NCBI GenBank assembly: GCA_043228905.1
Contig: JBHGNT010000020.1
Span: 11,594,001 to 11,658,000, forward strand
From: Azolla caroliniana
Taxonomy: Eukaryota; Plantae; Polypodiophyta
Direction: 5' to 3'
Length of the DNA: 64,000 bases
Part shown: positions 25,701 to 38,560 of the stretch, piece after piece
How the letters are laid out: the number at the start of each line of letters is the position of its first letter
Numbering within the stretch: the stretch's first letter is position 1
Program-made: the position numbers and the translations under genes
The notes under the pieces: generated by a model
The model's input: the letters and a program-made list of their open reading frames with translations, nothing else
What the model was told of the DNA's origin: nothing
The model's database searches: none

Positions 25701-28169
25701 GAATCACCTAAACCCATCATTCTAAATTATATTATTCATTTTCTTTTTTATGAGAACACTATATAGGATATGCATTGATGCAAATTCCTTGAACATTCGT
25801 ATACACTTGGCAAGGAATTAAAATACAAGCAACTCAAATTTATTCTTTATTAATGTAGCTCTGTTTTTCCAGAACTACTAAGGTATGCATAGCTTACAAT
25901 ACTACTAAGGTGGAATATTGAAAGAATCTTGAGTCTATTCCTATTAAGCACTATATTGGACATATCCAAATATCTGCCACACATTTAGTCCAAATTTTAA
26001 GATAAAATGCAAACCTTTCCTGAGCAAGTGGAGCAAAGCTAATGCCAAAGGAAGGAAATACCACATTGTTTGCATGATAAGTTTCTTAAATCTAAAGTTT
26101 GTCTGGCAGAGTAAAGATCTTACTAAGCATGATTTTAATTGCTCTTCTATTCAGTTTGCATTCCCTGAGTGTGAATTGTGTTTATCTTTCTATGTAAATT
26201 CATTGTGATATATGTTCTACAACACGTTTTCCTAACACGCCCTCACAGAACTTTTCTATCAAATTTACATCCGATCTGTGTTTAAGTCATCCATCATAGG
26301 TCATTGTGGTCTGGAATAGAAGTTTCTCTATCATTTTGCCTATTTAGACATTAATATTATATTTCATCTTTCTATAGTGTCTCATATCATGGTTGCAAAT
26401 TAAGTCTCATTGGTCATTGGCTAAATTAATATTATATTTCATGTCTTTCTACCATGTATAAAATCATTTGTGCTGCATGACTAACATATTTCATTTCATT
26501 TCTCTCCCTAATGTAGTCATAGCTATCTGCATTTGCATTTTCGTAATCTTTTACAGTATCTTCAGTCTTCACGAAATCGTACACCCTCTTATCTAGCTCG
26601 CCTTTCCACTGTCATGGCAACAGTTCGCACTGATCAAAAGAATCAAAACCACAGAAATCCATATAATCTTTTTGCTCAGATGTGGAACCCATAGGCCACA
26701 TTTTGCCTCAGAGGATGCTAATAGACCTATTTATATCTCATCAAAACACACTATGTTATAACTGTGGATTCACTCAATTCATTCATTGTCTAATACCAGG
26801 ATCCAAAAAGATTTCTCACCTGATCCTGCATAAAAAGGATGGCAGCAGTGTGTGCATGTGCAATGTGTTGGATGGCATATCTACATTGCTTTTGGAGCAT
26901 AGCGATTTTACATTCTTGTTTCTCTCTCCATAGCTCCTACACATACCAAAATTATCAAGAAAAAATTAGCTTATGCGAAATGATGATTGTAATTCCCATA
27001 AAAAATGCACAAAAGGATAAGAAGAAATATAAAGGGAGAAAATATCAGGTCACACAAAATGATTGCCAAATTTTCATTGGAAAAACACAACTCAGCCTAC
27101 ACAAAATTATCTCCAGATTTCCACAGAAAAAAAAAAGCTTTCAAGAGAAAAAAACTCACACAGAATTATCATTCTTTTACACTTTGATAATTAAAACTGC
27201 CAGAAATACAAAATAAAATACTGAAAAACACACTCAAAAAATGTTACGAAAAACTTCATGATAAAGTGTTCACCAAACAAAACAGGTAAACTGAAGTAGA
27301 AGAAGACGAAGAAGAAGGAAAACAAAACCAAATATATAAATAACGGATACCTCACATAAAACAACCATGAAGATGAAAGCAAAACCAGATACATTAAGAG
27401 AAAAGAAGCTCACAGTGCACACACAATGATCACCACATTTCCTAATGAGAAATACAACCAAAATACATCACACATAATAGTTGCCATATCTCCATCAAAA
27501 ACAAATATCAACATCAGAAAAAAAAGCTACTACATTTCCAAATAAAAAACACAAGAAAAATACATAAAAATAGTCACCATTATTTTACTGAGTAAACACA
27601 ACCAAAATCATCAAGGAGAAAAAGCTCAAGCAACAGGATCATCACTTCCAACTGACAAAAAAATGAAGAAAAACTGGAGAAAGAGCGCCACGAAGATACA
27701 TCAAGAAAATTAGCACCAAATTTCTTTCTGGAGAAAACATACCCAAGAAAAACATAAAGAAAAATAAAAACAAAAACACACAAAATGCCAGTTTAGAAAC
27801 AAGAAACCCGAACGAAAAATATATTTCCTACAGAGAAACACAACCAAAACATGAAAAAACAAATCTTCGAGATATAAAAAAAGGTATCATCACATTCCCC
27901 ATTTGAAAGAAATATAATCAGAAGAAAACAAAATTCAGAAGAAAAAAGAAGAAGGTGAAAAGAAAAGGAAAATCAAAGGCGTAAAAGAAGAAGGAAAAAA
28001 AAAAAAAAAAACCAACCTTGAAAAGTCGCAAGAGCTTCTGCTTCTTCTTCTCTTTCCTCTGTTTAAGTCTGTTTGCTTGGGCAGCTTCGAACTCCTTCTC
28101 TTTCTCTCTCACCTTCAGAAGCCGCGTGTGTGAAGATTTCCGGTTGCGAGATGGACAGAGGAGGACCAT
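19775..28169 (-). CDS. CEP295: CEP295/Ana1-like coiled-coil protein (N-terminal DDC8-like region) with long low-complexity repeat tail
   Basis: Exons 28169-28017, 26936-26820, 25621-25538, 25372-25209, probable microexon 25147-25122, 24802-24549, 24438-24327, tentative exons near 24040-24135 and 23260-23353, and a terminal ~3.4-kb exon ~23155-19775. The first three exons join in phase 0 at GT-AG sites. The RLLKVREKE..LKQR..L..W..Q..KI..L.K..H..A..AVRYKNAL pattern matches my recollection of the human CEP295 N-terminus. Confidence 0.7.
19885..22770 (-). repeat. In-frame coding tandem repeats in the terminal exon
   Basis: ~171-nt unit x3 (NLLTAESD..., 22200-22770); 57-nt x4 (IESYISRATTPQSLVNRST, 20570-20785); near-identical 216-nt x2 (20016-20447); 57-nt x2 (GGCESKHNHLNNGVMNIHK). 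Confidence 0.9.
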
Positions 28170-29009
28170 AGCTGCCAAGAAAATCGATGTGCGTGAGAGA
28201 GAGAGAGAGAGAGAGAGAGTCCTTTCTTTTCCTGCTCTGTTCGTCTTCTTCTTCCTCTTCTTCTTCTTCCTTCTTTCTGTTTTTTCTGTTGCTCTGTTCT
28301 GTTTATAATTACGTTTTCCATAATTGCATAAAATGCCCCTACTGACATTTACCCTTTTTAGGCAAATTCTACACATTGCCCCCCCCACCACTCCTCTAGG
28401 AATACCAAGTTAACACTCCTCTCTCTAGTTCTGGAGTTTCGTTTCAAAAAAATTTTCTCATGAAGAACCCCCTTAAAGGAAGCGATTTATTCTCTAATTC
28501 CAGTTCTAGTTACAAGTCATTTACTTGCGTGTTCCAAAAGCTGGCTTCATCGAAGCGATTGGTTTCTGGTTCCAATTTACGAACCATTTCTACAAGTCAT
28601 TTGTGTTTGAGGGTTGTGGCCGAGAAACAAGATTGACTTGAAGAAGACAATGAGAAGAGGGCATGCTAAAGACTGGCATTGAACTAGAATGGTTCATCAA
28701 TACTAGATGTCCTAAAAGTTTGCTTCAAAAAGTTCCTAAATTTTCTCTCGCTTAAAAAATTTCCTTATTTTTTCAACAATTTGGGTGAATCATTTAAGAC
28801 CCTTTGTCATAAGAAATGGTTAAATTTTCCAACAAATAATTATCTGGTAATAAATAACCCTACTGGTTTCCTTGGCTACAATAGAACATTATTATATCAA
28901 TCTTATCCATGAGAGCAACAAACAAAATCAAAAGTTTAAACTTCATCAAGTTTTTCATCAAGTTTTCCTACTTGTATCATTGCACACATTATATAGACTT
29001 CAAAAGTTC

Positions 29010-29049
<40 letters not shown>

Positions 29050-30111
29050 GATTTGCCTATAGTGCCAATGATAATTTAATTTGCACATGCAATATTTGTA
29101 TTTTCATATATATAATTACTATGTTTTCCTAATTGCCTTTCGAGTGGGAGTGACTGTTCACTCAACATTTGTCTCTATAATTGTCTCCAGGCAAATAGAG
29201 AACCAAGGGGGATGAAAACAAAGAACCTGTACATATTTATTTCTGAATGAATGAAGCAAATTTTCTGTGTTTTATGATTTACAATGGCTACACGATCATG
29301 TTATCCAGCACTGGCCATTCTTGTTCTTAGGTGGATAACAAATATATTTGCATAAAAGTGGCTCTTCAGGCCAAATACAACCCTCTAATGATTTGTCTCA
29401 CATCCAGAGTATCCTCCTTCGAAGAAAATATCACCAAATGCTATTGTTGCTGAATTATCATGGCAAAGATTTAACAAACTAGCAAGATGAGAAATAATGC
29501 CAATCATCATCCTCCAAGGAAAATATCACCAAATACTATTGTTGTTGTATTATTATGGCAAATATTTAACAAACTAGCAAGATGAGAAACTAGCGAGACA
29601 AGAAATATATAACGTTACGTGCCACCTTTTAGCATTTGATGTTCTGTTTGATCATTGTTACAACTCAAAATTAACAAATGATAAGCTTGCTACATACCTC
29701 ATACTTTTAATTCACAAAAAGATCTTACACTCTCTTTGCAAGTTTCCACATATTGACAAAGTATGATTGCTTGTTCCAAAGGATTCCCTAATTTCATGCA
29801 GAAGAAATGAAACAATTTTCTTCCATCCTCATTGCCTTCCAAACCTCATGTATCATCCTAGCCTCATTGAAGAACACTTGGGACAAGATTATAAAAGTTT
29901 TAAGCCCTCAAAAATACAACCTTTATACATTTCAGACAACACGTAAGACCAGCACTATGGAGCAAAGTCATTTTTTACGAATAGATACATAATTCATTCT
30001 TCAATTGAGATCATGAATACACATGCCCAAATAGAATTACTTTCATAATTTCTTCCTTCCAATAATATGGGTCACGGACACACCTTCCTCACTTAGAGAT
30101 AAAACATGTGG

Positions 30112-30255
30112 ATAGAGAAAGATAGATATGTAATTCGCACCCATGGGAGACCAATATGGTCTATGGAACAGGACTGCGCCCACTTCGAGAATCGAACTTC
30201 CATTCTCTTAATTGTATGCCTTTGATGCTGATATCACTAAGCAAATGATTGGTAA
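30112..30255 (-). mobile_element. tRNA-derived SINE with RTEX-related 3' tail, just downstream of the ClpF stop
   Basis: On - strand: A-box-like TGCTTAGTGA, B-box GTTCGATTC, then gttccatagaccatattggtctcccatgggtgcgaattacatatctatct, similar to the RTEX family-2 3' end. Confidence 0.6.
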
Positions 30256-30271
30256 GAGCAATGAGCATCAA

Positions 30272-33200
30272 TCATGGTTTTGAGCTGTTATCATCTTTCG
30301 GGTCTTCACTACTTTCTTCCCATGGCAATTCGTGACGCGGTTTGTTATATTTTTCTCGCAACTGCTTAATAGGAATGAAATCTCCCGCAGCATCCATCCC
30401 ATAAAAGAGGAAAGAGACGTATGGATGATCAAATTCATCCTGGAACAAAATAAATAAATAAACTTAATTTGTAGCTATATATTACTAGTATTTTTTCAGT
30501 TATTTCTTTGACTCTTAACCAAAAATTAAATGGGCCTACTTAATTAACAAATATTAAATTCCCTCCTCAGTGCAGAATAGTAAATTTATCACAATCCCTA
30601 ATCCTTTTTTAGGAACTGATTAATTGACTAACTTATTTCTTTGTTATAATCACAAGGGTTTGTTTTGGTTTTGAACTTAAGAGGCATTCTGATCATTTTT
30701 AAAAATTAAAAATTAGGGGCATGGGGCCCATATTGACACATATATTTCGTAAATATTGTTACCTTATCTGGTTCTTCAGGAGCCATCAAATTTTCTTCAG
30801 CAACTGAAAATCCAAAAGCAATGGGTTCGGATTAGAAACAGTTCTTAGTGAGAGAAACCAGGTTTCTCTATAAAATACACTTGCATCCCCATATCAATGC
30901 CATCATTACTCGGCATCATGGGATTCTTTCCTCATCAGCCTATGTTGGAAACCTTTTGACACTAAACAGCTTTCAGTAAAATTCAGCTGACACACTAATC
31001 GTTGAAACCATGTGTCTTAAACAATAAGGTGTGTACATACTAAACACAAGTTAAAGTCAGATATAAATAGCCCTCTAAGTAGGGTAATGAGATAAATATG
31101 CATACCGTATGTGACCAACAAGTTTGGCTCTGATCTCATATCCACAAGCACCTAAAATAAGCAATACAATTTTGGAGTTAAGAAAAGATAACTGTAATGT
31201 TTAAATATTGATCTCCTGACTATTTTTCTTTTGTTTATATGACCATTTAAATCCACAAATGCAATCAATGTTTCTTTTGCTAACATTATAATGTCCTATG
31301 CACAAGCACTTCATAATCATCATTAATGTCCTACAAATGCTTCTTTGGTTTTTAAACAACCATACATTGAATTTAATATGTCACTTCATAATCATCATTA
31401 ATGTCCTATAAGTGTTTCTTTGGTTTTTACACGACCATACATTGAATTTAGTATGCCCAACAAGAGTTAAATTTCAAGAATTCATTGTAGAATCATCAAT
31501 CGTTTTAAATTTATTCATGAGAATAGTTCTCTTTTTCGTTCAAAACTTTTGAGAGACACAGGACAGGCAGCAATGGAGATGTTCTGAACAAGTGCACCTA
31601 TACTCTAAAAAGAACTTGATGTAAAGAAAATGTGCACGTATACTCAAGCTTGAAGTATGGAGATGCTCTGAGCTAGTGCACCCATACAGAAAAGAGAAAT
31701 TGATGTAAAGAAAATGTTGACTACACAAGCTTGAAGTGCAATCTATCCCAAAAGCTATTCTAATATATTATGTACATAGTCTAAAACGAGCAAATGCACA
31801 TGTACATGTCATTTAAAATAGAATATGAGCCTGAATTTAGGAGCATATAAATAACAAAAAGAAGAAAACATGGACATCTGTAAAGATCAAGACTTGTATG
31901 ATATGTTAAGAAACTGTGCACACATATAGAGAACCAAATGTTTGTGGTAATCATAAGCATTTTCTAAAATGATTTAGCTCAATCTCCAATGTGAAGACTA
32001 AGGTAGACGTCTGAGTTCAATTGGCTAAAGATATCGAAACTCGAAAGTTGTTTTCAAGGGTTGAAGGATATGTAATTTTGTCAAGATCTATATTGACATT
32101 GTGCACATGAAAATCTAAATGGAATAACATTAACAGAATGTTATTGGGCCTATAGTAAGATATAAACTTACTTCAACGAATGAAATAAATTCCAAACATT
32201 AAAATAAACGTGGCACATGTTACCCTGGAACAAGCATTTCAGCTGCAAGGTTAGCTGTGGCACTGTATCATTGAGTGACAATAATAGTTATAAGAACCCA
32301 TTCAACGAGATACATTGAAATGCAATATTCTGAATCGCCTCTAAATGTCACAAGTGAGTCCTTCTATAGAAGATTTTATTTTATTATCTCAATGAAATGC
32401 CATTCAGCAAAGAAGTATGCATATAAGAGATTAATAAGTTAATACCTGATAAAAAGGTTGATTTTGTCCACGAGAGAGAGTTTTTACCAGGTCAGATGTG
32501 GGCCTCTCTAATTCAGAGCATAGTGGATCCATCCCACACACAATACCTCTGTATCCTGAAACCCAGCATATAACAAGTATGTCACAGACATTCCTCACTA
32601 AAGAAACGAGTATTAGCTTTTACTCTAATCAGATATGTCTACAGTAATATTAGTTATTATTCTATACTATTATCTACTCCATTTAACAAGCTCATATACT
32701 ACAAAAAATATTGCAAGTGTTTTATTTAATATAAAGCTAAATGCCCATATGAGTCAATAGGATTGCACAAATAATTGTTCTGTGCAGATTAAGCACATAC
32801 AAGATTAAAATGTGAATTCAAAACCTATTATATGTGTAACAATCGGCAACAGGGTTCAGTTTAGTTCGAGAGTGTCAAACTCAAACCGTTTAAAAACTTA
32901 GAAACTTAAACAAAACGGAACTGAACCATGAAACTGTTTAAACCCAAACATTACAAAAAATCTAAGCTCAAACCAAACAGTTTTAGAGATTTTTAAACCA
33001 TTAAAACCATGGTTTCACGATTCAGTTTCCGTTTTCAAGTTAGGTCAGAATTCAATTCTAAATTTTAAAATTTTCAATATTTCAAATTTCAAAATTTTAA
33101 AGATTTTTCCTAAAATGCCAAAATTAGGCTTAAAAGTTAAAAGGTTGTTCCACAAATAATAAGGTATCAACCCTAAACCAGAAACCCATTAAGCCGATAA

Positions 33201-36200
33201 AGGCTCAAACCAAACCGGACTGGTTTCACAATTTCGGTTCGGTTCAAACCGAACTGCTGCCAATTGCTATATATGTGTTACTATTGGGGGTCACATATGT
33301 TCACATAATGTTTATAAGGTTGTCATTGTTGGTGCTTCCAGATATCCTCGTGCTATACAAAACACCATACTCATTAGCTATTGCTTTCCCCAATTTTCAC
33401 AATTCCTATTCATTCCAACATACACTCTCCCCACTCTATATGTTTACCATAACCAAAGAAGGGTAGGAAACATCATTGCTGAGTATTAAATGTGTTCATC
33501 CATGAGTCACATTGGGCATGGGCTAAAACTAGAGGCCTAAAACATAAGCCAATGAACGAGAGTAGTGAATCTGGCAGTAACTACTATTCTATAAAGAATA
33601 CTTGGTGATTTTTCTAATCATATATGAAAAAGATATCAGAAGTACAATAAATGTTATAGAGCACATGAGAGGTATACCCGATTTCATTTAAAGACTTCAG
33701 CCAAACGGCGATTAGTTTTAAGGTTTTGCTTTCTTTGATAATTTCTGTGCAAAACAAACCCTCTTATTTGGATCACCCATTCAATCTCTTACGGCATCCT
33801 TGAAAATACTTCAGAAAACCATAATACCCTAAGAAAAGAAAGAAATTTATGACAGACACTGTTTTTAATTTCCTTTTAGGTTTTGCAGTTAGTTCCTTAT
33901 GCTTAACAAAATAAATTACAAACTTATCTGAAGTAATCCTTACCATATTTGGTATGGCGCACTTTCTGACCAAGACGGAATGTATATTCAACATTTTCAT
34001 ATGCCAATGCTTTAGCAGCAGCAGCTAAAGACTCTGCCTATCACATAGAGATGATATCTTCTTGCTGTTAGCATCACGCAATATACAACTGTTACTCATA
34101 AAGCATCATGCTTATCATAATAAAGATACCTCTAATTTGGAGATCTGATCTCGTAGTTCAGCAGCTCCACCATAATCTTCTTCCTCAATAGCTTTCTGTA
34201 AATCATTTCTGTAAAGAAATGACACGAATTTGTAACACATGTTCTGCATTAGGCCAGAACTTAAAATATGAAAAAATAATGATATCAACATTTAAATATC
34301 CATTATAAGTGCTGAACAAGAATGCAATTTTTTACTACTTGCAACTCTTCAAGCGGTTCATTTTATTAACATTCACTTATAGATTGGTAACTCATAACGC
34401 TAGTAATACAATTGTAAAATGATCACCCAGCCCTTCTTCATCATATAAAAGAGACTCATATGTAAATTTCCCAAAATAACAGAATTTATATTTGAAACAA
34501 ATGGACTTGAAAAGCAAAACATCTCACTAATTTGTAACACGGTTTATCATGGATGAATACCGAATTATCATTGTTTTTCCAAGTCATTCTTTGCCATTTT
34601 TAATTTTCTGGCCAAACCAAACATCCCTTCTATCATCAAGGTACATATATTACCTCCAATGAACAAGCAAAGATTAATGGATCCACTAAGGAAGAAGTGG
34701 AAAGATGCTAAAAGGGCAAAATTAGAATACTACATTGCAAACATCAATCCTGAACCTTGGGTTGTATATAAGGCAATAAGACCTATTGATCGTATTCAAC
34801 CTTACCTCATTACTAACATGAGTATTGACTCTTTGTAGAGCCCTAACACCTTCGCACTCAATCACACAACTTAGATATTGATGTTGCATTATGGAATCAA
34901 AATCTGCCAAATATGAAGGCATGTAAGGTATGCAAGGAAAGGCTAGTAGGGGATGAGTATCACTGGCTTTTTACATGCTCTGCATATATATGCCTAATTC
35001 ACACATCGAGACTTTGTGCTTCAAAGTATGAACATCCCGTCTTAGGAAGGAGACACACATCGAGACTTTGTGCTTCAAAGTATGAACATCCCTTCTTAGG
35101 AAGGAGACACACATCAAGATAACTTTTGTACTTAGGTTCCATGGGTCAATATTGGCCTCTCTATGGGCGCTAAAAATATCTATCTATCTATCTACCTCTC
35201 AATAAGACCCTACATTATATGAACCTTAGAGTGACATTAGAAGTTGACAAGTTTAACTGACACTTAAAGGGAGTCACCATCAAGTAATAAGTGGATTGCT
35301 ATAAGCCCAAGCTTTCAAAGCTACTAGTAGCTAGAGTACTCATTTTAGTCACATGAGACATATGTCATCATTGATGACAAGACCCCTCTTCTCTACTCAA
35401 TTCTATATGTGAAGAGTCAATTGTACAAGTAAAACCAATATAAAACATTACACTGAAGGAGCTAACTTTTTGATCCAGATTCCCCAAAGAAGTTTACGTC
35501 ATCCAACTCTAATAACAGATTCATAGTTTAGGAGATTTCTGAAGAATTTAGGTCGAACAGATGGAGGAAATTTACATTGAGCAATGTGTATTCATTCAAT
35601 GGTGCACAGACATGTATGCTTTACATTTGTATACAGATGTGAAATAGTAACTATCACTATACGCTATTTCACAATAAGTTCCATACAGTGTACAATGTAG
35701 CATCTAGAAAGATATTCAATACTCTACCTACACATAATTATCGATCAGAAAACAAATAAGATTGCAAAATTATTTTCTAGCCTGAGACGTAAAATTGTGA
35801 TGCCTTTGTCCTGAGCCTCTTCTTTTGATGACACAGACCCCTTTGCATCTGCTTGTTTCAAGATCTCTTTGTCCACCTGACTACAAGTTACATGCATCTT
35901 TCAGGAGCTGGGTGGCATACATGGCAGAAACTGTAGAATTCAATCTCTCTTTTCTTCTTTTTTTAAGTTTAAGATTACCTCTGCAAGCTTTTCACGAATC
36001 TGCTGTGCCACTGCATATTGATCCATGTTAAGCGCACGCTGTCATATCATGCAAACACTAAAACATTAAGGATACTCCAACTTTTTCTTATCTTTTATTT
36101 AATATGTAAGTTTAGGTTGGGTTTTTTTGGGTTACTATGTAAGCTTAATATTGATCCATGTTAAGCACAAGCCATCATATCATGCAGATACCGAACTCTA

Positions 36201-37720
36201 TGAAACTCCACCTTCTAATATGTAAGTTTGCATGCAAGCTTAATATCAATCGATGTGACCATAGGCTGTCATATCATATAAATACTAATTTGTAAGAATG
36301 GGAGTGAGGTTTTTGGGTTTATATGTGAGTTCAATATTGATTCATGGTAATCACACATTGTCATATCATTCCAAGACTGAACATTAACGAAGCTCCATCT
36401 ACATCTCATCTTTTAATATGTAAGTCTTGGATTACTTGCAGATTAAAATGTAAGTTTCCATATTCATCCATGATAAGCGCAAGCTGATTTTTCATGAAAA
36501 TATTGAGCATTAGAGAAGCTTCACTTCTTCTTAGTTTTATACGTAAGTTTGCACTTGCACTCGGACAGTTCGAGCCTTCGATATGAAGTGAAGTCTGTCA
36601 TGTCCATGAAAACAGTGAACATCAGAGATGCTTTGACTATCACCTCTTAACATGCAAATTCACGGATTTGGTTTAGATTCTAGGGTTTCAGTTTAGGATT
36701 TGATCAATGTGAAGTGCACACTGTCATAACCATACAAAAACTGAATTCCAGGAAGCTTTATTTCTGAGCATATGTATGTTTAAGGTTTAGCGTTTAGGTT
36801 TAATAATAGGATTGATTGATCATCAAGGTTAAGTGGGCTGATATATTCATTCATGGCACATGCAAACACTGGACATTATAGAAGTTCTACTTCTTGTCCT
36901 TTCAAATATAAGTTTCGTGATTCTGATGTGATCTATGGCGAAAAAAATAAACATGATAATTCAAAAGGGTTAAAGTAATTAGGACTTACAATTTTTATTA
37001 ATATTTCAATTGGGTTTAGGGTTTATGGTTTAGTTAATTGCATGATTATTATAGCTTAACAGATTCTCGATTCCAATGTGATCTATTGCTAAGATTTGGG
37101 TTAGTTTTGGGTTAGTTTTGGGTTTAGGATTGGTTTAGGGTTAGGGTCTAGCTAAAGGCAATGCTTTCAATTGGACGTACGTTTTAAGGTTAGGTAGGGT
37201 AGGGTTCAGGATTTAGATCATTAAAAATAATTCAACTATTGGGAATCCAGTTCATTGTTCATTAAATCAAAGAAGAAGGAATTTAAAGAGGAACCTGAAG
37301 TCTAGTCGTCAAATCGATCTGGAAGAAGAAGAGTAAAAGCTCTTCATTTGCAATACTACTCTGTTCTGCAGAAGCATCTTCATATTTTTTCGCATCCTTA
37401 TTATTCTCTTTCATCCACCAGAAAGAAGAAGAAGAAGCTTGACAGGAGAGATGGAAGTTCTGTGGATCCGTCGTGTGCAGCCAGAAGGATCCACTTCTCC
37501 TTCTCCTTCTCCTTCGTCCTCCTTCTCTGAAGGTCATGGCAGGCGGGAGTTTCTGCAGGGGAAGGCGCGGGGATGAAGAGGGTGAGAAGCAAGTGAAGAA
37601 GAAGAGGCCATGGTGGCAACGGTGAAGAAGGTGGGGCCTGAGAGGGATTCCGCCTTTCTGGTGATGGAGAAGGAGATGAGATGTTGGCGATGGCGATGGC
37701 AGTGAGGAAGCTCTTTCCAT
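30272..37720 (-). CDS. CLPF: Chloroplast Clp protease adaptor ClpF (UVR motif + YccV-like domain)
   Basis: Exons 37720-37295, 36038-35979, 35876-35782 (GC donor), 34208-34130, 34037-33944, 32555-32446, 31151-31106, 30803-30763, 30439-30272 (TGA). Ser/Pro-rich transit peptide, then NEELLLFFFQIDLTTRLQRALNMDQY..EAQDKGITILRLRNDLQKAIEEEDY..FRLGQKVRH..GYRGIVCGMDP..NQPFYQVLVD..FDHPYVSFLFYGMDAAGDFIPIKQLREKYNKPRHE. Confidence 0.93.
32837..33269. mobile_element. hAT-type MITE in a ClpF intron
   Basis: Perfect 8-bp TSD TATATGTG (32829-32836, 33270-33277); imperfect TIRs TAACAATCGGCAACAG / CTGCTGCCAATTGCTA; many subterminal AAACC(G) motifs. Confidence 0.85.
34690..35195 (+). mobile_element. 3' fragment of RTEX-like LINE family 2
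   Basis: [37 protein letters not shown] matches 3948-4400 (- strand); internal ~56-bp tandem duplication; ends in a (TCTA)n tail. Confidence 0.85.
36012..36915. repeat. Degenerate ~90-130 bp tandem repeat (~8 copies) containing the ClpF exon-2 acceptor
   Basis: Recurrent atattgatccatgttaagc..ctgtcatatcatgcaaacact..ctcca..taatatgtaagttt motif; the first copy is the true exon/intron junction. Confidence 0.75.
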
Positions 37721-37723
37721 AGC

Positions 37724-37756
<33 letters not shown>

Positions 37757-37884
37757 GAGGATATAGGAATGAATGAGTGGAAATAGTGAGTGACTCACAT
37801 AAGAAGAAGAAGAAGAAGAAGAGGAAATAGAAGAAGATGAACACGAGTGATGAGTGATGACACAATTTGATGCTCTCAATGTTG

Positions 37885-38560
37885 TCATGACTTTGACATG
37901 AGAAGGACCATGACCAAGACCAAGACCAAGACCAGGGGTAGGACGATGAGAAGGACCTTGACCAAGACCATGGGTAGGACGATGAGAAGGACCTTGACCA
38001 AGACTAGGGGTAGGACGATGAGAAGAACCATGACCATGATCAAGACCAAGATGATGACCATGACTAAGACCAGGGGTAGGACCATGACCATAACCAAGAC
38101 CAAGATGATGACCAAGAACAAGAACAAGAACAGGGGTAGGACCATGACCATGATCAAGACCAGGGGTAGGACCATGACCATGACCATGACCAAGACCAGA
38201 CCATGGGTAGGACAAGGAGAAGGACCATGACCGTAACCATAACCAAGAACATGATGATGATCAAGACTAACAATGAGAAGGACCATGACAAGGACCGTGA
38301 CCATGACCAAGAGTAGGGCTAGGACGATGACAAGGACCAACAATGAGGACAAAGGACAAGGACGAAGAGGAACATGATGCTGAGGATGAAGAGGACAAGG
38401 ATGATGACCACGACCATGGTTGATGACAAGGACCAAAATGACAATCATGACCATGACCAAGACCAAGACTAAGACTATGACAAGGACCAACGATGAGGAC
38501 AAAGGATGATGAGGACCGCGTGGATGAAAATGAAAGGACAAGGCCAAGGACGAAATATAA
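37885..38560. repeat. Low-complexity GACCAT/GACCAA hexamer-based satellite upstream of ClpF
   Basis: Runs of accatg/accaag/atgacc with a higher-order unit (ggggtaggacgatgagaaggacc). Confidence 0.85.

Noticed and set aside
25676-25710. Possible CEP295-like microexon KSIGAHHE
   Set aside because: Preceded by an in-frame TGA and needs a 55-nt intron; exon 26820-26936 supplies this part of the alignment with canonical sites.
27000-28000. Phe-rich ORFs resembling membrane proteins
   Set aside because: T-rich first intron of the CEP295-like gene.
37010-37215. Interstitial telomere (TTTAGGG-like runs; also 11343-11392, 15818-15850, 16339-16355)
   Set aside because: Short, degenerate telobox-like motifs common in plant introns and TE UTRs; no true array.
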